This document shows positions 52,195-64,000 of a stretch of 64,000 bases of DNA, piece by piece (position 1 is the stretch's first letter; each line of letters opens with the position of its first letter). Source of the stretch: the human T2T-CHM13v2.0 reference genome, Homo sapiens. The DNA is taken from the NCBI RefSeq assembly GCF_009914755.1, contig NC_060939.1; one strand, 5' to 3'. The notes beneath the pieces are model-generated. The model saw only the letters and a list, made by a program, of their open reading frames with translations. It had not been told where the DNA came from and did not search any database. Both the position numbers and the translations under genes were made by a program.

Positions 52195-53092
52195 GGCCAG
52201 CATAGAGCTGCTAGTTGAAGTCCTGGGGTTAAATGAGATTGTAGGAGAGAAAATATAAGAGTGTGATAGTAAGACTAGAGCTTGGGGAAGATGAGCCAGT
52301 GAAGTAGGCCAGGCCCATTTGTGGCAGGGGCAGGAGGAGGAACCAAGAGTGACTCCGGGTCTCAGAGGCCTAGGAATGGAATTTAAGAAGGAAGGCATCG
52401 TTCTTAATGTGAACTGCCAAGGAGAAGTTGAACTGGATGAGAAGTGAGAAAAAGTGGTTGGGTTTGGTACTTCTGATAGCTGTTTGCAAGACTTCATAGG
52501 GGCAGAAGGCAGGTTTCAGAGGGCTTAGGGTTGAGTGGGTGGGAGGGTGGGGTGGTGGGGAAATGGAGGTAAGAGATGGGGCTGTGGCCTCAAGCACAGA
52601 GTGCTGATGAAAACAGGTCCTTTCTTAGATTCAGAGACTTGGATATATCTGTGGCATTGAGAGAATAAAGATTGAAATTTTACAGGGGCGGGGAGGAGAT
52701 TCTTCAAGTTCTGGGAGGGGTAAGAATCTGGCGCTCAAGTGGAAGGTTAACCCTTGTTAAGAACCAACATGTCTTCAACAATGCCAGGGAGCAGGGGCAA
52801 ATGGGCAGGGGAAGGAGAATGGTCTGGCCTGGTGTAGTCTGTGGAGGAGTGCCCCCAAGGCCTCTAGATCCGCACTCACCCACTACCGGCTGTGTATGTG
52901 TACTTAGGGAGCAGGAATGTTTACTTTTAAAATGCTGCCTTAGGGATAGAAAGCGCTGTGTGTAGGCCCTGCTGCGGTTCCTGTCCTCCCTGCGTCTTTC
53001 CCACAAAGGTCATGCTGACTAGCAGGAATCATTTTTAACCTTTTCCCATTGTGATACTCCCCAAAATAGCAAATCATAATTAAAAATGCTAA

Positions 53093-53413
<321 letters not shown>

Positions 53414-54599
53414 TATGAATACATCTTCTGTGTCGCCTATATTGTTTCTGGCTGCTCCAAAAATACTGCCTTGTTCCAGACTGGTAGGGTTTAACTTCTG
53501 TTTTATTCTAAAATAAAGGCTTTAGACTTTGGAACTGTTAATGTTTTTTGAGAAAATACTTTTCACTTGATCCTGTTATGTTTTTTCTAAAGCTATGATG
53601 TTAAACTGACCTATGTTTCACACAAACTTAATTCATTGTCTCTTTTTTCCCCCCTCTGTCTTTTATGTAATTTAATCTGAGAACTAAAATAAAGGGGCCT
53701 TAGGCTGTAGTCCAACTCTTTTTGCCCAATGTCAGTCAGTATTTAGTTTGAAGAATCCGCACACCCACTGAATCAGAATTAATAAGTGTAGATAGAGCCA
53801 GGGAGTTTACATGAAAAATAAGTACATAATAATAATTTCCCAAGTAATTCAGATACTTCTCATTTTGGAACCATTGGCATAGAGGTCACTAGTCTAATAC
53901 TTTGATAGAAAAAAAAAATCCTAGTACTACAGTAAAAAGAGTTGTCCTCACCTGCTAAAACCGGGTGTTAGAACAGAGGCCTCTTACTGTTCTACTAAAA
54001 ATCCTGATACTTTCACAGAATTATCTACCTCCTTGGTTCCTCATTTATTGTCCAACAGTATAGTAAAGACAGGAAAAAGCAATGGCAAAGTCCTTAACAC
54101 AGTGCTAACAAATCTGAGCGTTTGACTTAGCACGCTCTTGTTTTCTGAGCCCTTTGAAAAACGCTGGCAGTTCGCAGCATGCCTACTGACTCTACACAAA
54201 AAGGACTAGCGATACTGCTTCCCTTTTTTCCCAACAAGTCACTGCCTAATAACTAAAGGAAATTAGGAATGAAAATTTGAAAGAAGAAAAGCTACTCAGT
54301 CTCACCACCTGAAGACAACAGTTATTACCATTTTCATGTATTGCTTTCAAGTCCCTTTTCCATGTAAAGATTTCTCTTTAGAAATGTAATTGTGGCCCTG
54401 TTTTTGTAAGCTCCTTTTCATTGCTTTTTGTTAAAATTAACATGAGTGTTTCCCCACGTTGATTCTTTATGAGACATCATTTTTAATGGTCTGATGTTGC
54501 CTCATGAGGTTTATTTTTAGCACAAAATCTACCATGAGTTGTCACAGTTTTGTGAGGGCTGTCTCCATATCTGAAGTATCTGGTGAGCTTTTAAAGAAT

Positions 54600-56030
<1,431 letters not shown>

Positions 56031-58244
56031 ACATTTTTCAGTGAAACTTTGAGTTGGTTGTCACGAAGGATGTGAGTCCATTGGAATCAAAGGTGGGCTT
56101 TGTAGACACTGGTACTGGGTGTGTCCTAGTGCTGAGAACCGAAGGCTAGGAACTGAGAATCCTCAAGCACAATAGCTCTAGCTTCTCCAGAAGGCATTTA
56201 AAGAAGGTCATGATCTCTGAGGATGGCTGGTCCAGGACATTGGCAGGAGAAAGAGCTGCCTGCCTGATGGCCAGGGCGCTTCCCTCTGCCTTGTCTCCTG
56301 GGCTGTGCCTCTTGGGTCGGTGCCTGTTCCTTCCTTTATTCAGTGCAACCTCTGAGCTTATAAAGTCCCATGGCGTGTTATATAGAAGACAGGATTTTGA
56401 AAACATATGTTGGACTCGTCATAAGAAGTAAAATGAACACTTCCTCATAACTATGATAATGTTATCCTATATAATCCTCTCAGACCAGATTTTATCAAAG
56501 AAGGTGAGGGCTAGTCTGGTTGCCATTTTTACCTGGAAGTCTTTTACTTTATTTTTGATATTCAGTATTAATCATCTCTTAATCTTCTGTGCGTCATTCA
56601 TTAACTGCCTTCAGTTTTCACTTCTCTCCTCCTCTTATATTTTCTTTGATTTATGATTTTTAAAAATAATTGATAGGAAAATGAATGGCCTGTCCACAAG
56701 AGTGGTCATTGTGGAAAGAACTCATCCCCAAATGTGGAAATTGGAGGCTCTCTCTCTCCAGGTGCCTGCAGACTCCCTGTAATGCCACATCTCATGGTCC
56801 ATATGCTTTTTGGGGTCGTAGACTGCTTTGAAAATCTGATGAAAATTGTGGAGGGAGGAGGAGACCCCTGATGTTATTTATGCTCTCCCCAAAGACTCCC
56901 TGGACTTGAGGTTAAGAACTCCTGCTGAAACGGCCCTCCCAGTCCGTGAAAGAAGGATCTTGGTGGCAGTTGCTGCTGGGGAGATCCCTGGGACAGCTTA
57001 CCTTCAGCATTGAGACATGAGAACAGTGTTCCTTTCTAACCCCTCTCCCCATTTAGTCCTCGTGGAGGGTGCTTTGTGTTTGAAAATCCGTGGTCTCTGA
57101 TGTGGATTTGGGCACAGGATGCTGCTGTATCAGTTGTTTCCTCAAACCTCCCCACCAAAACTGCCCATGCTGACCATTTTTTAGTAACCTGTTACGCCAA
57201 CGGGAATGAAGCCCCAGGCAAGAACGCCAGGCAAAACCTGCATCTGGGGGCCTCTTCCATAGGCACAGTTTTATTGGATGGTGTCAAGTTGCAGGGCCAC
57301 ACAGACACTTCACTTTAGAAATGGAGGACAGATGCTGTTTTTGTTATAATCTTTTATTTCCTCTCTTCTGCATGATTCTTAATAGTCCCCTGCCGGATCT
57401 CCCAGCTTCCTTTTCATGCTGTCATCTCCTGCCTGCCATTGTCACCTCACCCTTGGACACTCCAGTGGCCGTCATCTCCAGGACAGCCCGTAACCCTTTA
57501 GCTTCCAATTCACGCTATCCTAGCACATCCCCTGCCGGCCGGCCCAGTGCTTTCCTGCTGCTGCATTGGGTATGCGTTGCACGTCTCCCATAGAAAGTCC
57601 TCACCTCCATGTGTTTAATTCCTGTCTCCATGGCACAGCCCAGGTGTGGTGCTCTCCATAAAGCATGTTCCAATGCCCTGAATTCTTTCTTTAGGGCCTC
57701 CATTCTTCCATGGAGTTTCGTGGAGCTTGGAGGGGAGGAAGTTGGGCTGAAATCCTGCCATTTCCATCAGCTGTGGATTGATAGTTCTTTTCACTGAACG
57801 CTGTTATCAGAAAGCATTTCATATTGTCCTGTAAGCTGCAATACGTATTTATTCCGAAAAGGAGAATTGTTGGCTCACGGGCTTCAACTTTTCCAGATAA
57901 TGTTGAATTGTTTTCCCAAGTGCTTGTACTAATTTACAAAGTAACAGCGTTCCACTTTTCCATGTCCTTGCCGTCTTTCAACACTGTCTGGCTTCTTCAT
58001 TTTTGCCTATCGTTTGGGTATAAAATAGTAACTCATGGATTTAATTTGCATCTTCATGTTCTAGTGAAATTATCACATCTTTCTATGTGTGTATTAGACA
58101 TTCGTCTTCATTTCTTTCGCCTATTTGTCTTTTTCTTTTTCTTTTCTAAGCACTCTTTAGATATTCTGGACATCCTTTGTAGGATAATAAGAGAGCATGT
58201 ATTTTCCCGGGTTCCTTCTATTTTGTTCCACCATCATATCTAGG

Positions 58245-58450
58245 GTGCCGCATCCTTCTGCATGGGCTGAGGTGGCTCACTGTGATCTACTTGCCACCAC
58301 CAGGAAGGCGGAAGGCATGGGGAACGCACACCATTCACTTTAAAGCATGACCTGGAGGTTGCTCGTGTCACTTCTGCTGACATGCGGTTGGCTGGAACTT
58401 AGGTCTCTGCACGCACCAGGCTGCAAGGGAGGCTGGGAAATGAAGCCTGT
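58245..58450 (-). mobile_element. Old MaLR (MLT1J/K-like) fragment
   Basis: tcacttctgctgacat..ttggctggaactta...ctgcaagggaggctgggaaatg. Confidence 0.55.
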
Positions 58451-59059
58451 ATTCCACACAGCCCTTTACTTAACTAACAATTTGAAGAGAATGGATTGGA
58501 ACCCACTGATGGATTGAAAGACTTGGAAGGGTTTAACCCTGAGGGAGACTAAAGAAAATATAATTGTCTTCAAACTAATTGTCTCCCAGTAAAACTTTTT
58601 CTGATAAATGTTAATATATTTTGTATCATGATAACTTTGCTTCGAGTTTTTAATATTGCAATTTGCCAAACTTGCTTTTGTTTTTACTTCAGAAGTGTGT
58701 TTATGATTAGCAAAGAAAATATAAAGGGGGAATAATAGGAAATGAGATGACCATCTCTGTAGCTACTGAAATGAAATTTATAAAGCATATATTTAATTAG
58801 CCAGAAAAATAATATCATGTTTATTGTTTTTTGCAAATGTTGTGGAAGGCAGAATCATAGTCACTTAGTACCAAAACAGGCCCCTAACAATTGTTTTTGT
58901 CAAGCTCACATTCATCTTAAACTAAAGTGTACAAGTTAGATGATATGGTTTTAAGCTGGTGGATGTGGGAATTTTATGGGTTTAAGAGGCGGGTTTCTCT
59001 GTCCCTTTCTCTCTTTCTTCATACCTTAGCTAATGGCATACAACCTCTGATTTCTCCAG

Positions 59060-59239
59060 GTATGGCGTGAGTCCCGAGAACATTATCCTCTATGGTCAGA
59101 GCATTGGGACTGTCCCCACGGTAGACTTGGCCTCGAGGTATGAATGCGCAGCGGTAATTCTCCATTCCCCTCTGATGTCTGGTTTGCGTGTGGCTTTTCC
59201 GGATACCAGGAAAACATACTGCTTTGATGCTTTCCCCAG
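59060..59239 (+). CDS. ABHD17C: ABHD17C coding exon 2 (180 nt, aa 197-257), containing the nucleophile motif GQSIG (Ser211, codon 59100-59102)
   Basis: Not in the ORF track; found by eye. Acceptor tttctccAG|G and donor CAG|GTAAGT. Translates (R)[59 protein letters not shown](S), in frame with exons 1 and 3. Confidence 0.97.
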
Positions 59240-60592
59240 GTAAGTTCATGCTTGTCCAACAAGTGGTAAGTCAGCCAATGACTGTGTTTATATCTGATGC
59301 TCCCATAAATATCTGTGTAAATATTTATTGAATGCAGCCATACGTCAGACCCTGTGCTGGGTGCCACAGGGCATGTGGGAGCAAATATGACACACACTGT
59401 CCAGAGATTTTATCCTCCCAGGCCTGACTCACTTGTGAAAATCTCCCAGATGATGTATAAGGACCTTGAGTATACTGACGCCTAGGGTTAATTGATTGAG
59501 CTCTAATATACAGGATTTTTAACAGCACCCATACATCCTAAAGGAACTTACAGTTCAGCACTCGCTCATTCATTCAGAGACACTTCTTGTTAAATCTTGA
59601 GCTGTATACAATATGTGTGATGGGGCAACTAGTGGTGTAGACACTCAAAAACTTCAAGCAAGCACAGTTTGGAAATTTCTCTTACTTTTTCAGTTGGACA
59701 GTACAGGTAAGGGAAAAGGTACCATGCTCAGTTAATCTTTGTAAATAGAAGAATAAAGGCAAAGTGAGTTACTCGACAAGCCAGGCTTTGATCTTCGGTA
59801 AATAGCCACAGGAATGGTATAAATGAACAAACTCACCTGCCACCCCCTATTCTGCTCTACCACTTTGACTGGAAGATCTCACCCCTGCAGAGGTGCCTGC
59901 ATGAGGAAAGTATTTTTAATACAAAATATTTTGCCCCTTATGCTTTTCCCACAGTCCTTGCTGGAGGGGCCTAGGATTGTTACCCCAGGACTGGCCCAGC
60001 TCATGTTGCCATTTTATAAAAAAACCTCAGCAGAAAGAAGACACGGTTTTAGGGTTTTTGATTGACCCATTAATTGCTTTCATCCTGCTATTGCTGGAAA
60101 AAAAATAAAAGATCATCGTTTGGTTACATAAACATCTATTATACAGACTGTCTTATTTCACAGAAAGGAACCTTCTGTTAACACCTTGGGTGAACTTCAG
60201 TTTTGTGCAGTTTGTACCAGGATTCAATGAGATTCGGCTTCATGGGAAAGTTGCACTGCAGATTTATAGTGGCGTGGCTGGGAATGCTAAGTAGGGCTAA
60301 TGTGCCTCTCAAATGTGGCCTTATTTGTGCTGAATTGGTAATGAGAGGCCAGTTTGCTGAAAGACGGATACTTAGCATGTTTGTGGGAAGCAATGCGGGG
60401 AGTTACCCTGGCAACAAAACTAATAGTTTTTTTTTTTTCCTGGCTCTTAAATTAGCATATACCTTAAAATACAGCCATCTCAACAAATTGCAAATGATTA
60501 ACAACAAATTAGCAACTAATCTTATCTGAGTTTATCTGGTATGGCAGGTATCGGGCTATGCATTTCATGTTCATGGTCCCCCTTCATCTTTA

Positions 60593-60922
<330 letters not shown>

Positions 60923-61006
60923 GATGTTTGTTCAATTACTGTGCTCATTTTACAGATGAGGAAATGAGAGGTTAAGTAATTTATTGAATTAAGGTCGGTA
61001 ATTAGA

Positions 61007-61310
61007 GGACAGGCACAGTGGCTTACACCTGTAATGCCAGCACTTTTTGAGGCCAAGGCTGGAGTATCACTTGAGGCCAGGAGTACAAGACCAACCTGGG
61101 CAACACCACAGCAAGATCCTGTCACTACAGAAAAAGATTAACAAGTTAGCCAGCCATAGTGGTACACATCTGTAGTCCCAGCTCCTCAGGAGGCTGGGGT
61201 GGGAAGATTCCTTAAGCCCAGCTTTATCTCTTTGAGGTGGCAGTGAGCTAGGATTACACTATTGCACTCCAGCTTGGGCAACAGAGCAAGACCCTGTCTC
61301 TTAAAAAAAT
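61007..61310 (+). mobile_element. Alu (AluJ-like)
   Basis: Sense dimer. Confidence 0.88.
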
Positions 61311-62849
61311 TTTTTAAAAGGCTGGTGATTGGAGACAACAAAGGAGACAAATCCTCATATTTAATGCCATAAATTATTAATATGATAGATTTCAAACCAT
61401 TAATGGTTGCATTGACTTTCATCATGAATTTGAATTTGGTAAACATTTTCTTAATATGTCCGTTGTTGCCAGATGGCAGAATCATCTGTGTCCCTCTCCT
61501 TAAAGGAGGATACTTGCACATTTCCTTTTAATATTAAAACAAATTTAAACAAAAGGAAAAGGAATCCAGATTATTATTTCATTTATAGTTTATTTTCTTT
61601 TACCTCCTTTACACTTGGGATCGGATGATGGAAGTCAACTTTAAATACACCCTCCAGGCAGTAGAGATTCTCCTAAACTGTGCAGCGTGGAGCATAGTCC
61701 CAGGCCCATTGTAACTGTTGAGTAAATATCTTTTTAATTGTGTATAATTGAACTCTCTTAAAGGAAGTCACTTTAAAATTAAATATAGGGGGAAAGCAGG
61801 TTTCCAAATAAGATTTCTAAAGTGCATAATTGAATACTGCCACAGTGGCTCTGATGTTTGCAAATTACATGGCTGATGAGGTTTTGCAATCTTTCTGGGA
61901 TGTCTTGAAGTGGTCCGCGGCTTCCTGAGTTTTTAATAAAGGCTAGATGACAGTTGTTTGTAGATCTTTGGAATGTGTAATTGATGTTAGAGCTCTTTAT
62001 TATCTCCACGACCTCATTCCTGTTATTTAATAATCTCTCTGAGCTTCAGTTTCCTCCTTGATAAAACAGAGGTGGTCATTCCTCTCTCACTGTGTTTCAT
62101 TAAATATTAAAAGAGATTTTGTGGGTTAAGTGCAAAGCACCCGGCTATGGTAAATGTTTAAAAAATGTTAGCTGTTACTTTTAACAAAAAGATTCCCACA
62201 AATAGTACTAATTGGTATCCTTTTGTAACTTCGACTAGGATCAAATATGGAAAGAGAAGTAAACTACAAGAGGCTCTTTGGCAGGACAGAATGGAGAGAG
62301 AGCCATTTCTCTTGATTTATTTGTGGATGAAATGACTGTTATCCCGATCAGAGAAGTCGCCTACACACCCAGCTCAACCAATGCTTAAAGTCTTTTGGAT
62401 TCCTCTTTTGGATATGCTTTCAGAGCCTGAAGCATATTGTTTTAAAGATCCTCAAATATTCATCCTTTGAGAGTAGATTTGATTTTTGCAGAGAAGTCAT
62501 TTGGAATAAAATCTAGGCATTACATTAAGTTTTCAAGCTAAATAGTACAGTTTTTATTTTTTAAAACAAGGCACTTGCTTTTATGAAATGGGGTGTGTAT
62601 CTTTGAGTCAATTCTGATGGTAGCTTTCAGAATTCTGAAGACTTGAGTGGCAGCAAATTAAGTGTCCAGCTTTCCAAATAGACATTCATTTGATATGTTA
62701 AGTTCTGGCCCTTTTTAAAATTCTCTTGAAAAATAATATATAAATATAAAAAAATCTAAAAGTAATATAAAGATAATATATAAAAAATAGTAGTTGCTAG
62801 TTTGCTAGTCTGATGCTCTGAAGAGGTCTGTCTTTAATAAAATACTTCA

Positions 62850-63580
62850 ACAAACACAACAGCCAATTGCAGTGTGGTATTCTTGTTTGGATCCTGGAAC
62901 AGGAAAAGGACATTAGTGGAAAAACTAGTGAAATCCAAATAAAGTCTGGAGTTTAGTTCATAGTAATGCACCAACGTTGGTGTTTTAGTTTTGACAGATG
63001 TATCACGGTAATGTACAATGTTAACCTTACAGGAAATGGGTCAGGAGTATGTCGGGGCACTGTATTATCTTTTTGTTTTGTTTTCTTTTCTTTTCTTTTT
63101 TTTCTTGAGACAGAGTCTCACTCTGTTGCCCAGGCTGGAGTGCAGTGGCACGATCTCAGCTCACTGCAACCTCCCACTCCTAGTTCAAGCAATTCTCCTG
63201 CCTCGGTCTTCCGAGTAGCTGAGATTACAGGCATGCACCACCATGCCTGGCTGATTTTTGTATACACTGTATTATCTTTACACCTTTCCTGCAAATTCAA
63301 AATTATTCTAAAATGCAAAGTTGATTTAAGAAAAAAAACTAAATTACCAGAAAAAAATAAAGCAAGAAAAAGCCAAACTGTTATGATATGTTAATGTAGG
63401 TTCATCAAAGGTACTGCTGTGGTAGGGGATATTGATAATTGGGGAGACTGTGCATGTGTGGGGACAAGGAGGTATCTGGGAAATCTCTGTACCTTCCTCT
63501 CAGTTATGCTGTGAACCTAAAACTGCTTTAAAAGATAAAGTCCTTAATTTAAAAACAAAACAAAACAAACAAAAAAAACC
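62850..63580 (+). mobile_element. L1MC/ME-like 3' UTR fragments with a nested 5'-truncated antisense Alu (about 63072-63262)
   Basis: ggatcctggaacaggaaaaggacattagtggaaaaact and gaaatctctgtaccttcctctca...tgtgaacctaaaactgct; the Alu right arm is flanked by the 15-bp TSD cactgtattatcttt. Confidence 0.78.
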
Positions 63581-63697
63581 CACGGTGTTATTTCCCTGCC
63601 TGTGGAGATTATTAACTTATCATTAAATGTGATGTGTATTATCTGTGAGCATAACTAATGGAGTCCTCTTTCTGCCTCCCCCCTTTCTGTTTTGCAG

Positions 63698-63917
63698 CAT
63701 TGACAAGATATCTAAAGTCACCTCTCCTGTGTTGGTCATTCATGGTACAGAGGATGAGGTCATCGATTTCTCCCATGGCCTAGCGATGTACGAGCGCTGT
63801 CCCCGAGCCGTGGAGCCCCTTTGGGTTGAAGGGGCTGGGCATAATGACATAGAGCTTTATGCACAATACCTAGAAAGACTAAAACAGTTCATATCTCACG
63901 AACTTCCTAATTCCTGA
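63698..63917 (+). CDS. ABHD17C: ABHD17C coding exon 3 (aa 257-329 plus TGA), with catalytic Asp276 (HGTEDEV) and His305 (GAGHND)
   Basis: Branch-like CTAAT at 63655-63659, pyrimidine tract, tttgcAG|C acceptor. Encodes [27 protein letters not shown]...[31 protein letters not shown]. Exon lengths sum to 590+180+220=990 nt. Confidence 0.97.
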
Positions 63918-64000
63918 AGACAACAACTTGATCTTACCTCATTTACTGTGAACAGAAGAGTCCTCTGTTTTGCACATGCTTTAACTGGGTAGCTGTAAAG
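63918..64000 (+). other. ABHD17C: Start of the ABHD17C 3' UTR (continues beyond the window)
   Basis: Follows the TGA at 63915-63917; no poly(A) signal within the window. Confidence 0.85.

Noticed and set aside
63645-63697. N-terminal part of the 90-aa ORF ([17 protein letters not shown])
   Set aside because: Intronic branch point and pyrimidine tract; the real exon begins at 63698.

Overview
This is primate genomic DNA, human-like and rich in Alu, L1, L2, MIR and LTR repeats. It holds one protein-coding gene on the + strand, ABHD17C (alpha/beta-hydrolase domain-containing 17C, a protein depalmitoylase). The CDS is join(4988..5577,59060..59239,63698..63917): 990 nt, 329 aa, with an N-terminal Cys cluster and catalytic triad S211/D276/H305. 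It is preceded by a CpG-island promoter (ETS site, (GGC)8, a strong-Kozak uORF) and split by introns of 53.5 kb and 4.5 kb that are full of transposable elements. Almost all other ORFs in the track are repeat-derived or GC-rich noise, and I found no new gene, operon-like system or CRISPR array. The most interesting signals are regulatory and structural. (i) Exon 2, which carries the catalytic Ser, is surrounded by alternative splice signals: a recursive-type AG|GT junction, an in-frame internal donor, an upstream poison acceptor, and flanking inverted Alus with a stop-free circular frame. (ii) The 5' leader has a uORF plus weak/strong tandem start codons. (iii) A tail-less AluY 5' fragment matches the consensus perfectly. 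(iv) A 148-bp unit is triplicated inside a MER44 element. (v) An intact antisense MER9 (HERV-K HML-3) solo LTR has a perfect TSD. Repeat subfamily names come from recalled consensus sequences; boundaries are approximate unless TSDs are quoted.
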